A DNA stretch of 64,000 nt from Macrostomum hystrix. Lineage: Eukaryota > Animalia > Platyhelminthes. A program made the translations under genes and the position numbers. The notes below the pieces were generated by a model. It was not told the DNA's origin. It saw only the letters and a list, made by a program, of their open reading frames with translations, and ran no database searches. This document shows, piece after piece, positions 11,648 to 23,700 of the stretch. The stretch lies in NCBI GenBank assembly GCA_950097015.1, contig CATNEN010000031.1, positions 186,001-250,000 of the forward strand, read 5' to 3'. How positions within the stretch are numbered: the stretch's first letter is position 1; every line of letters starts with the position of its first letter.

Positions 11648-12919
11648 TTAGATGATAATAACAGTGCAAAGTAAGGAATGCAAATAAGAAAACACACAAA
11701 TCACAGAGCGATGCTAAGAAATAAATCGAGAGATGCAAAAGCCACTAAACAGATAAACTCATGTATTTAGTAGTGGGCTTGCTTGCAGTGCAGCTCAATG
11801 TACATGCATGCGAACTCTGCAAACTTTGAATCAGTTAAATTAAATCAAATCAAGTCCATTTAAGTACAGTGAGGCAGCCCCAGGCCAGCTCTATTTGTAA
11901 GCACATTCCTCTCTCCACCAAGGCAGAGGTGCGATTTTCGATAATTAAAAATTCTAAAAAGATTAAGCAGCCCGCCTCCTCACCGCCCCAGTCAGTGTGC
12001 GCCCATTTTTATTAAATAAATCAGACCCCATCTCAGTCGACCGCCAGCCCACCTCCTCCGCCCAATCCACTACGCCAATCAGAATGTGCGATAAACTGAT
12101 TGGCGGCCCTCTCTCTCCTTTGCAGTCTAGGCGACACTGTACGTTCGCTTAAAAACAGTTAAAAAGGCAAAAAATTTTCCGCCTGCAGCATTCACAGTTT
12201 CTCGAATTTCGAAAAGAAAATCACATCCCTGAAATCAGTGTTTCAAGCTCTTTCCAGCAATATAAGTTTCAACCACCAATCTTGCAAAACAAAAGCACAG
12301 TTCACAATTGAAATTTTAATGCTTTCCTGTCCGAAATAATCAGCCATCTCAGTGAGTACATTCTTCTCCGCCTACACTGAGAGGCCCGCAAATTTTAAAA
12401 TTTATTTTCAACCCAGCCAACTCTGCCCTGCCCATTAAACGCACTTCAATATTGAACAAATCAGACCCCTCAATAGAACTGACTAACGGCACCCTCTCTC
12501 CGCCAATACACAGAGGCAGTTAGAATGTGCGTACGGCCACCTCTCCGCCCCATTTTTTTTCAAACCGACTGCCAACCCTCCACTGGAGAGAAAATACACT
12601 GAACAGATAGGCCGAAATGATAGCGCAACCACTTTTACCGACTCCAGTTTTCTCAGCTCAAAAGAAAAAAGTGTCCAGAGAAGGTTACGAAATCATTTTT
12701 CTGCTTTTTTGAGGATCTTAGAATTTGAAATTTCAGAATTAAAATAGCCTATAGCCTGACCAGGAAAATTTCCAATTTTCCCATATAAGTTTCAAAGTTG
12801 ACTTGTCAGTATTCTAGGAGGAGATAACCAACAGACAGACAGACAGACAGACAAACAACACGTGAATTTTAGTATATTTACGAGCTAAACTCCTCCTCCG
12901 GAGGAGGTTGAGGGGAGAG

Positions 12920-15900
12920 AACTCCCATCGCCTCATCTCCCATCGCCTCATCTCCCATCGCCTGATCTCCCATCGCCTCATCTCCCATCGCCTAATCTCC
13001 CATCGGCTGATCTCCCATCGGCTGATCTCCCATCGGCTGATATCCCATCGCCTCATCTCCAATCGCCTCATCTCCCATCGCCTAATCTCCCATCGCCTCA
13101 TCTCCCATCGCCTAATCTCCCATCGCCGAATCTCCCATCGCCTCATCTCCCATCGCCTCATCTCCCATCGCCTCATCTCCCATTGCCTCATCTCCCATCG
13201 CCTCATCTCCCATCGCCTCATCTCCCATCGCCTCATCTCCCATCGCCTCATCTCCCATCGCCTCATCTCCCATCGCCTCATCTCCCATCGCCTCATCTCC
13301 CATCGCCTCATCTCCCATTGCCTCATCTCCCATCGCCTCATCTCCCATCGCCTCATCTCCCATCGCCTGATCTCCCATCGCCTCATCTCCCATCGCCTAA
13401 TCTCCCATCGGCTGATCTCCCATCGGCTGATCTCCCATCGCCTCATCTCCCATCGCCTAATCTCCCATCGGCTGATCTCCCATCGGCTGATCTCCCATCG
13501 GCTGATCTCCCATCGCCTCATCTCCAATCGCCTCATCTCCCATCGCCTCATCTCCCATCGCCTCATCTCCCATCGCCTAATCTCCCATCGGCTGATCTCC
13601 GATCGGCTGATCTCCCATCGGCTGATATCCCATCGCCTCATCTCCAATCGCCTCATCTCCCATCGCCTAATCTCCCATCGCCTTATCTCCCATCGCCTAA
13701 TCTCCCATCGCCTAATCTCCCATCGCCTCATCTCCCATCGCCTCATCTCCCATCGCCTCATCTCCCATCGCCTCATCTCCCATCGCCTCATCTCCCATTG
13801 CCTCATCTCCCATCGCCTCATCTCCCATCGCCTCATCTCCCATCGCCTGATCTCCCATCGCCTCATCTCCCATCGCCTAATCTCCCATCGGCTGATCTCC
13901 CATCGGCTGATCTCCCATCGGCTGATATCCCATCGCCTCATCTCCAATCGCCTCATCTCCCATCGCCTCATCTCCCATCGCCTAATCTCCCATCGCCGAA
14001 TCTCCCATCGCCTCATCTCCCATCGCCTCATCTCCCATTGCCTCATCTCCCATCGCCTCATCTCCCATCGCCTCATCTCCCATCGCCTCATCTCCCATCG
14101 CCTCATCTCCCATCGCCTCATCTCCCATCGCCTCATCTCCCATCGCCTCATCTCCCATTGCCTCATCTCCCATCGCCTCATCTCCCATCGCCTCATCTCC
14201 CATCGCCTCATCTCCCATCGCCTGATCTCCCATCGCCTCATCTCCCATCGCCTAATCTCCCATCGGCTGATCTCCCATCGGCTGATCTCCCATCGGCTGA
14301 TCTCCCATCGCCTCATCTCCAATCGCCTCATCTCCCATCGCCTCATCTCCCATCGCCTCATCTCCCATCGCCTAATCTCCCATCGGCTGATCTCCCATCG
14401 GCTGATCTCCCATCGGCTGATATCCCATCGCCTCATCTCCCATCGCCTAATCTCCCATCGGCTGATCTCCCATCGGCTGATCTCCCATCGCCTCATCTCC
14501 CATCGCCTAATCTCCAATCGCCTCATCTCCCATCGCCTCATCTCCCATCGCCTCATCTCCCATCGCCTAATCTCCCATCGGCTGATCTCCGATCGGCTGA
14601 TCTCCCATCGGCTGATATCCCATCGCCTCATCTCCAATCGCCTCATCTCCCATCGCCTAATCTCCCATCGCCTTATCTCCCATCGCCTAATCTCCCATCG
14701 CCTAATCTCCCATCGCCTCATCTCCCATCGCCTCATCTCCCATCGCCTCATCTCCCATCGCCTCATCTCCCATCGCCTCATCTCCCATTGCCTCATCTCC
14801 CATCGCCTCATCTCCCATCGCCTCATCTCCCATCGCCTGATCTCCCATCGCCTCATCTCCCATCGCCTAATCTCCCATCGGCTGATCTCCCATCGGCTGA
14901 TCTCCCATCGGCTGATATCCCATCGCCTCATCTCCAATCGCCTCATCTCCCATCGCCTCATCTCCCATCGCCTAATCTCCCATCGCCGAATCTCCCATCG
15001 CCTCATCTCCCATCGCCTCATCTCCCATTGCCTCATCTCCCATCGCCTCATCTCCCATCGCCTCATCTCCCATCGCCTCATCTCCCATCGCCTCATCTCC
15101 CATCGCCTCATCTCCCATCGCCTCATCTCCCATCGCCTCATCTCCCATTGCCTCATCTCCCATCGCCTCATCTCCCATCGCCTCATCTCCCATCGCCTCA
15201 TCTCCCATCGCCTGATCTCCCATCGCCTCATCTCCCATCGCCTAATCTCCCATCGGCTGATCTCCCATCGGCTGATCTCCCATCGGCTGATCTCCCATCG
15301 CCTCATCTCCAATCGCCTCATCTCCCATCGCCTCATCTCCCATCGCCTCATCTCCCATCGCCTAATCTCCCATCGGCTGATCTCCCATCGGCTGATCTCC
15401 CATCGGCTGATATCCCATCGCCTCATCTCCAATCGCCTCATCTCCCATCGCCTAATCTCCCATCGCCTTATCTCCCATCGGCTGATCTCCCATCGGCTGA
15501 TCTCCCATCGGCTGATCTCCCATCGCCTCATCTCCAATCGCCTCATCTCCCATCGCCTCATCTCCCATCGCCTCATCTCCCATCGCCTAATCTCCCATCG
15601 GCTGATCTCCCATCGGCTGATCTCCCATCGGCTGATATCCCATCGCCTCATCTCCAATCGCCTCATCTCCCATCGCCTAATCTCCCATCGCCTTATCTCC
15701 CATCGCCTAATCTCCCATCGCCTAATCTCCCATCGCCTCATCTCCCATCGCCTCATCTCCCATCGCCTCATCTCCCATCGCCTCATCTCCCATCGCCTCA
15801 TCTCCCATTGCCTCATCTCCCATCGCCTCATCTCCCATCGCCTCATCTCCCATCGCCTCATCTCCCATCGCCTCATCTCCCATCGCCTCATCTCCCATCG

Positions 15901-16045
15901 CCTAATCTCCCATCGCCTAATCTCCCATCGCCTCATCTCCCATCGGCTGATCTCCCATCGGCTGATCTCCCATCGCCTGATCTCCCATCGCCTAATCTCC
16001 CATCGCCTCATCTCCCATCGCGGCTCCGATCGCCTGATCTCAAAT
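12920..16045. repeat. 15-bp minisatellite (ATCTCCCATCGCCTC)n, longest block, about 200 copies; similar blocks occur in all 22 units to ~56350
   Basis: Directly visible 15-bp period with variant repeats (..CTG/CTA, CGG, CAC, TTG, AAT, TTC). It explains the ISHRL, PHLPS, MRRWE and MGDEA pseudo-ORFs. Confidence 0.97.
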
Positions 16046-19000
16046 CGACTCAGTTCTTTTCAAATGTTAAAAAGCAAAAGCACAATTCACAGTTGAAATT
16101 TCATTGCCTTTAGCGCAAAGGGCAGCCAGTTTTTTTAGTAAGTACATTCATCTCCGCCTACACTGAGAGGCCCGCAAATTAAAAAATTATATTTTAACCC
16201 AGCCAACTCTGCCCTGCTCATTGAACAATATATTGAACAAATCAGACCCCTCAATAGAAATAACTCGCGGCACCCTCTCTCCGCCAATACACAGGGACAG
16301 TTAGAATGTGCGTACGGCCACCTCTCCGCCCCATTTTCAAACCGACTGCCAACCCTCCACTGGAGAGAAAATACACTAAACAGATAGGCCGAAATGATAG
16401 CGCAACCACTTTAACCGACTCCAGTTTTCTCAGCTCAAAAGAAAAAAGTGTCCAGAGAAGGTTACGAAATCATTTTTCTGCTTTTTTGAGGATCTTAGAA
16501 TTTGAAATTTCAGAATTAAAATAGCCTATAGCCTGACCAGGAAAATTTCCCATTTTCCCATATAAGTTTCAAAGTTGACTTGTCAGTATTCTAGGAGGAG
16601 ATAACCAACAGACAGACAGACAGACAAACAACACGTGAATTTTAGTATATTTACGAGCTAAACTCCTCCTCCGGAGGAGGTTGAGGGGAGAGAACTCCCA
16701 TCGCCTGATCTCCAATCGCCTGATCTTCCCCCGCCTGATCTCCCACCGCCTCATCTCCCATCGCCTGATCTCCTATCGCCTGATCTCCCATCGCCAGATC
16801 TCCCATTGCCTGATCTCCCATCGCCTAATCTCCCATCGCCTGATCTTCCCCCGCCTGATCTCCCACCGTCTCATCTCCCATCGCCTCATCTCCCATCGCC
16901 TGATCTCCCATCGCCTGATCTCCCATCGCCTGATCTTCCCCCGCCTGATCTCCCACCGTCTCATCTCCCATCGCCTCATCTCCCATCGCCTGATCTCCTA
17001 TCGCCTGATCTCCCATCGCCAGATCTCCCATTGCCTGATCTCCCATCGCCTAATCTCCCATCGCCTGATCTTCCCCCGCCTGATCTCCCACCGTCTCATC
17101 TCCCATCGCCTCATCTCCCATCGCCTGATCTCCTATCGCCTGATCTCCCATCGCCTCATCTCCTATTGCCTCATCTCCCATCGCCTCATCTCCCTTCACC
17201 TCATCTCCCATCGCCTCATCTCCCATCGCCTAATCTCCCATCGCCTGATCTTCCCCCGCCTGATCTCCCACCGTCTCATCTCTTATCGCCTCATCTCCCA
17301 TCGCCTGATCTCCTATCGCCTGATCTCCCATCGCCTGATCTCCCATCGCCTCATCTCCCATCGCCTAATCTCCCATCGGCTGATCTCCCATCGGCTGATC
17401 TCCCATCGGCTGATCTCCCATCGCCTCATCTCCAATCGCCTCATCTCCCATCGCCTCATCTCCCATCGCCTCATCTCCCATCGCCTAATCTCCCATCGGC
17501 TGATCTCCCATCGGCTGATCTCCCATCGGCTGATATCCCATCGCCTCATCTCCAATCGCCTCATCTCCCATCGCCTAATCTCCCATCGCCTTATCTCCCA
17601 TCGGCTGATCTCCCATCGGCTGATCTCCCATCGGCTGATCTCCCATCGCCTCATCTCCAATCGCCTCATCTCCCATCGCCTCATCTCCCATCGCCTCATC
17701 TCCCATCGCCTAATCTCCCATCGGCTGATCTCCCATCGGCTGATCTCCCATCGGCTGATATCCCATCGCCTCATCTCCAATCGCCTCATCTCCCATCGCC
17801 TAATCTCCCATCGCCTTATCTCCCATCGCCTAATCTCCCATCGCCTAATCTCCCATCGCCTCATCTCCCATCGCCTCATCTCCCATCGCCTCATCTCCCA
17901 TCGCCTCATCTCCCATCGCCTCATCTCCCATTGCCTCATCTCCCATCGCCTCATCTCCCATCGCCTCATCTCCCATCGCCTCATCTCCCATCGCCTCATC
18001 TCCCATCGCCTCATCTCCCATCGCCTAATCTCCCATCGCCTAATCTCCCATCGCCTCATCTCCCATCGGCTGATCTCCCATCGGCTGATCTCCCATCGCC
18101 TGATCTCCCATCGCCTAATCTCCCATCGCCTCATCTCCCATCGCGGCTCCGATCGCCTGATCTCAAATCGACTCAGTTCTTTTCAAATGTTAAAAAGCAA
18201 AAGCACAATTCACAGTTGAAATTTCATTGCCTTTAGCGCAAAGGGCAGCCAGTTTTTTTAGTAAGTACATTCATCTCCGCCTACACTGAGAGGCCCGCAA
18301 ATTAAAAAATTATATTTTAACCCAGCCAACTCTGCCCTGCTCATTGAACAATATATTGAACAAATCAGACCCCTCAATAGAAATAACTCGCGGCACCCTC
18401 TCTCCGCCAATACACAGGGACAGTTAGAATGTGCGTACGGCCACCTCTCCGCCCCATTTTCAAACCGACTGCCAACCCTCCACTGGAGAGAAAATACACT
18501 AAACAGATAGGCCGAAATGATAGCGCAACCACTTTAACCGACTCCAGTTTTCTCAGCTCAAAAGAAAAAAGTGTCCAGAGAAGGTTACGAAATCATTTTT
18601 CTGCTTTTTTGAGGATCTTAGAATTTGAAATTTCAGAATTAAAATAGCCTATAGCCTGACCAGGAAAATTTCCCATTTTCCCATATAAGTTTCAAAGTTG
18701 ACTTGTCAGTATTCTAGGAGGAGATAACCAACAGACAGACAGACAGACAAACAACACGTGAATTTTAGTATATTTACGAGCTAAACTCCTCCTCCGGAGG
18801 AGGTTGAGGGGAGAGAACTCCCATCGCCTGATCTCCAATCGCCTGATCTTCCCCCGCCTGATCTCCCACCGCCTCATCTCCCATCGCCTGATCTCCTATC
18901 GCCTGATCTCCCATCGCCAGATCTCCCATTGCCTGATCTCCCATCGCCTAATCTCCCATCGCCTGATCTTCCCCCGCCTGATCTCCCACCGTCTCATCTC

Positions 19001-20678
19001 CCATCGCCTCATCTCCCATCGCCTGATCTCCCATCGCCTGATCTCCCATCGCCTGATCTTCCCCCGCCTGATCTCCCACCGTCTCATCTCCCATCGCCTC
19101 ATCTCCCATCGCCTGATCTCCTATCGCCTGATCTCCCATCGCCAGATCTCCCATTGCCTGATCTCCCATCGCCTAATCTCCCATCGCCTGATCTTCCCCC
19201 GCCTGATCTCCCACCGTCTCATCTCCCATCGCCTCATCTCCCATCGCCTGATCTCCTATCGCCTGATCTCCCATCGCCTCATCTCCTATTGCCTCATCTC
19301 CCATCGCCTCATCTCCCTTCACCTCATCTCCCATCGCCTCATCTCCCATCGCCTAATCTCCCATCGCCTGATCTTCCCCCGCCTGATCTCCCACCGTCTC
19401 ATCTCTTATCGCCTCATCTCCCATCGCCTGATCTCCTATCGCCTGATCTCCCATCGCCAGATCTCCCATTGCCTGATCTCCCATCGCCTAATCTCCCATC
19501 CCCTCATCTCCCGTCGCCACATCTCCCATCGCCTGATCTCCCATCCGCTCATCTCCCGTCGCCTGATCTCCCATCGCCACATCTCCCATCGCCTCATCTA
19601 ACCAAAAACTCCTCACCCAATGATGTCTGAAAGTAGCAATGTGCGTAAACCGCCTTTTGTCCGACTAAACTGTTGAAAACAATTCAAAATTGACCAATTT
19701 TTCTTTAGCTACCATGCCCAGAATCTTCAGAATTAAAATAGACGACAACTTTCGGATAAGATTGAGGGGCTAGAAATCATATCGCGCGAACTCCATCAAC
19801 TTTAAATTAAACCCCACCCGTTAAAACAGGTGAAGTCCGAGCCATTAATTTTGACGACAGCCAGTTCTCCGGGCCCCGCTCAGTCAGAGGTGCGAATTTC
19901 AATAAATAAAATTCAACAGCCCGCCTTCGAGAATAGGAATGTGTGAAACTGTATTGTGGCGAATTCTCTCTCCTTAGCAATCTCGCCGAGACACTGTACA
20001 CTCAGCTGAAAGCATTGCAAAAGTATAAAAACTTTATTTGCCCTTGGCATCCCCAATTTTCGGAATTCAGCAATGAAATTTATATCTCTGGATTTAGAAC
20101 TTCAAGTTCTCTCCAGCAGTACAAATTTTATCCACAAATCTTAAAAAAGCAAAATAATAATTCTCAGTTGAAATTTCTGCAAAAGGCAGCCAGTTTAGTA
20201 AGCACATTCTTCTCCGCCTACACTGAGAGGCCCGCAAATTTTATCAATTGAATTTTAACCCAGCCAACTCTGCCCTGCCCATTGTACGCACTTCAATATT
20301 GAACAAATCAGACCCCTCAATAGAACTGACTAACGGCACCCTCTCTCCGCCAATACACAGAGGCAGTTAGAATGTGCGTACGGCCACCTCTCCGCCGTAT
20401 TTTTTTTCAAACCGACTGCCAACCCTCCACTGGAGAGAAAATACACTAAACAGATAGGCACAAAATGTTGACGCAACTCATTTAACCGAGGCCAATTTCA
20501 TCACAGCGGGAAGGACATTTGCCTACTATATACTACTTAATAGCCTTTCTGCTTTTTTGAGGATCATAGAATTTGAAATTTCAGAATTAAAATAGCCTAT
20601 AGCCTGACCAGGAAAATTTCCCATTTTCCCATATAAGTTTCAAAGTTGACTTGTCAGTATTCTAGGAGGAGATAACCA

Positions 20679-20725
<47 letters not shown>

Positions 20726-23700
20726 ACACGTGAATTTTAGTATATTTAGACGAAGACGAGCTAAACTCCTCCTCCGGAGGAGGTTGAGGGGAGAGAACTC
20801 CCATCGCCTGATCTCCAATCGCCTGATCTTCCCCCGCCTGATCTCCCACCGTCTCATCTCCCATCGCCTCATCTCCCATCGCCTAATCTCCCATCGCCTA
20901 ATCTCCCATCGCCTGATCTCCCATTGCCTGATCTCCCATCGCCTCATCTCCCATCACCTAATCTCCCATCGCCTGATCTCCCATCGCCTCATCTCCCATC
21001 GCCTCATCTCCCATCGCCTCATCTCCCATCGCCTCATCTCCCATTGCCTGATCTCCCATCGCCTGATCTCCCATCGCCTAATCTCCCATCGCCTCATCTC
21101 CCATCGCCTCATCTCCCATCGCCTCATCTCCTATCGCCTCATCTCCCATCGCCTCATCTCCCATCGCCTAATCTCCCATCGCCTCATCTCCCATCGCCTA
21201 ATCTCCCATCGCCTAATCTCCCATCGCCTCATCTCCCATCGCCTGATCTCCCATCGCCTAATCTCCCATCGCCTAATCTCCCATCGCCTGATCTCCCATT
21301 GCCTGATCTCCCATCGCCTGATCTCCCATCGCCTAATCTCCCATCGCCTCATCTCCCATCGCCTCATCTCCCATCGCCTCATCTCCCATCGCCTCATCTC
21401 CCATCGCCTAATCTCCCATCGGCTGATCTCCCATCGCCTGATCTCCCATCGCCTAATCTCCCATCGCCTCATCTCCTATCGCCTGATCTCCCATCGCCTG
21501 ATCTCCCATTGCCTGATCTCGCATTGCCTGATCTCAAATCGCCTAAGTTCTTTTCAAATGTTAAAAAGCAAAATAATAATTCACTGTTGAAATTTCATTG
21601 CCTTTAGCGCAAAGGGCAGCCAGTTTAGTAAGCACATTCTTCTCCGCCTACACTGAGAGGCTCGCAAATTAAAAAATTATATTTTAACCCAGCCAACTCT
21701 GCCCTGCCCATTGTACGCACTTCAATATTGAACAAATCAGACCCCTCAATAGAAATAACTCGCGGCACCCTCTCTCCGCCAATACACAGAGGCAGTTAGA
21801 ATGTGCGTACGGCCACCTCTCCGCCCCATTTTTTTTCAAACCGACTGCCAACCCTCCACTGGAGAGAAAATACACTAAACAGATAGGCACAAAATGTTGA
21901 CGCAACTCATTTAATCGAGGCCAATTTCATCACAGCGGGAAGGACATTTGCCTACTATATACTACTTAATAGCCTTTCTGCTTTTTTGAGGATCATAGAA
22001 TTTGAAATTTCAGAATTAAAATAGCCTATAGCCTTCCTCGGAAAATTTCCCATTTTCCCATATAAGTTTCAACGCTGAGTTGCCAGTATTCTAGGAGGAG
22101 ATGTCGAACTGACAGACACACACACACACAGACAAACAACACGTGAAAATTAGTATATTTAGAGATAGACGAGCTAAACTCCTCCTCCGGAGGAGGTTGA
22201 GAGGAGAGAACTCCCATCGCCTGATCTCCCATCGCGTCATCTCCTATCGCCTGATCTCCCATCGCCTGATCTCCCATCGCCTCATCTCCCATCGCCTCAT
22301 CTCCCATCGCCTCATCTCCCATCGCCTCATCTCCCGTCGCCACATCTCCTATCGCCTGATCTCCCATCGCCTCATTTCTCATTGCCTCATCTCCCGTCGC
22401 CACATCTCCCATCGCCTGATCTCCCATCGCCTGATCTCCCATCGCCTCATCTCCCATCGCCTGATCTCCCATCGCCTAATCTCCCATCGCATCATCTCCC
22501 ATCGTCTCATCTCCCATCGCCTCATCTCCTATCGCCTGATCTCCCATCGCCTAATCTCCCATCGCCTCATCTCCCATCGCCTCATCTCCCATCGCCTGAT
22601 CTCCCATCGCCTCATCTCCCGTCGCCACATCTCCTATCGCCTGATCTCCCATCGCCTCATTTCTCATTGCCTCATCTCCCGTCGCCACATCTCCCATCGC
22701 CTGATCTCCCATCGCCTGATCTCCCATCGCGTCATCTCCTATCGCCTGATCTCCCATCGCCTCATCTCCCGTCGCCTGATCTCCCATCGCCTCATCTCCC
22801 ATCACCTGATCACCCATCACCTCATCTCCCATCGCCTGATCTCCCATCGCGTCATCTCCTATCGCCTGATCTCCCATCGCCTGATCTCCCATCGCCTCAT
22901 CTCCCATCGCCTCATCTCCTATCGCCTGATCTCCCATCGCCTAATCTCCCATCGCCTCATCTCCCATCGCCTAATCTCCTATCGGCTGATCTCCCATCGG
23001 CTGATCTCCCATCGCCTAATCTCCCATCGCCCCATCTCCCATCGCCTAATCTCCCATCGGCTGATCTCCCATCGCCTCATCTCCAATCGCCTGATCTCCC
23101 ACCGTCTCATCTCCCATCGCCTCATCTCCCATCGCCTGATCTCCCATCGCCTGATCTCCCATCGCCTAATCTCCCTTCGCCTCATCTCCCATCGCGGCTC
23201 CTATCGCCTGATCTCAAATCGACTCAGTTCTTTTTAAATGTTAAAAAGCAAAAGCACAATTCACAGTTGAAATCTCATTGCCTTTAGCGCAAAGGGCAGC
23301 CAGTTTTATTAGTAAGTACATTCTTCTCCGCCTACACTGAGAGGCCCGCAAATTTTAAAATTTATTTTCAACCCAGCCAACTCTGCCCTGCCCATTGTAC
23401 GCACTTCAATATTGAACAAATCAGACCCCTCAATAGAAATAACTCGCGGCACCCTCTCTCCGCCAATACACAGGGACAGTTAGAATGTGCGTACGGCCAC
23501 CTCTCCGCCCCATTTTCAAACCGACTGCCAACCCTCCACTGGAGAGAAAATACACTAAACAGATAGGCACAAAATGTTGACGCAACTCATTTAATCGAGG
23601 CCAATTTCATCACAGCGGGAAGGACATTTGCCTACTATATACTACTTAATAGCCTTTCTGCTTTTTTGAGGATCATAGAATTTGAAATTTCAGAATTAAA

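Larger units (their letters stand above)
7959..12880 (-). mobile_element. Non-autonomous Helitron, copy 2 (internal deletion)
   Basis: Bounded by the same 5' motif (TAAATATACTAAAATTCACGTG at 12880) and 3' hairpin-CTCG (7959-7985). Contains RepHel remnants with the same intron positions as copy 1. Confidence 0.88.

Noticed and set aside
12920-16045. Minisatellite as a heat-shock-element array (as in nematode Helitrons) or a telomeric repeat
   Set aside because: It has no alternating nGAAn units and does not resemble known telomere motifs.
16306-16524. Recurring small ORFs in the arms (MCVRPPLRP.., MKLYCG.., MRQHFVP.., MYSVSAR..)
   Set aside because: They recur only because the non-coding arm is repeated, and they are broken by indels in other copies.
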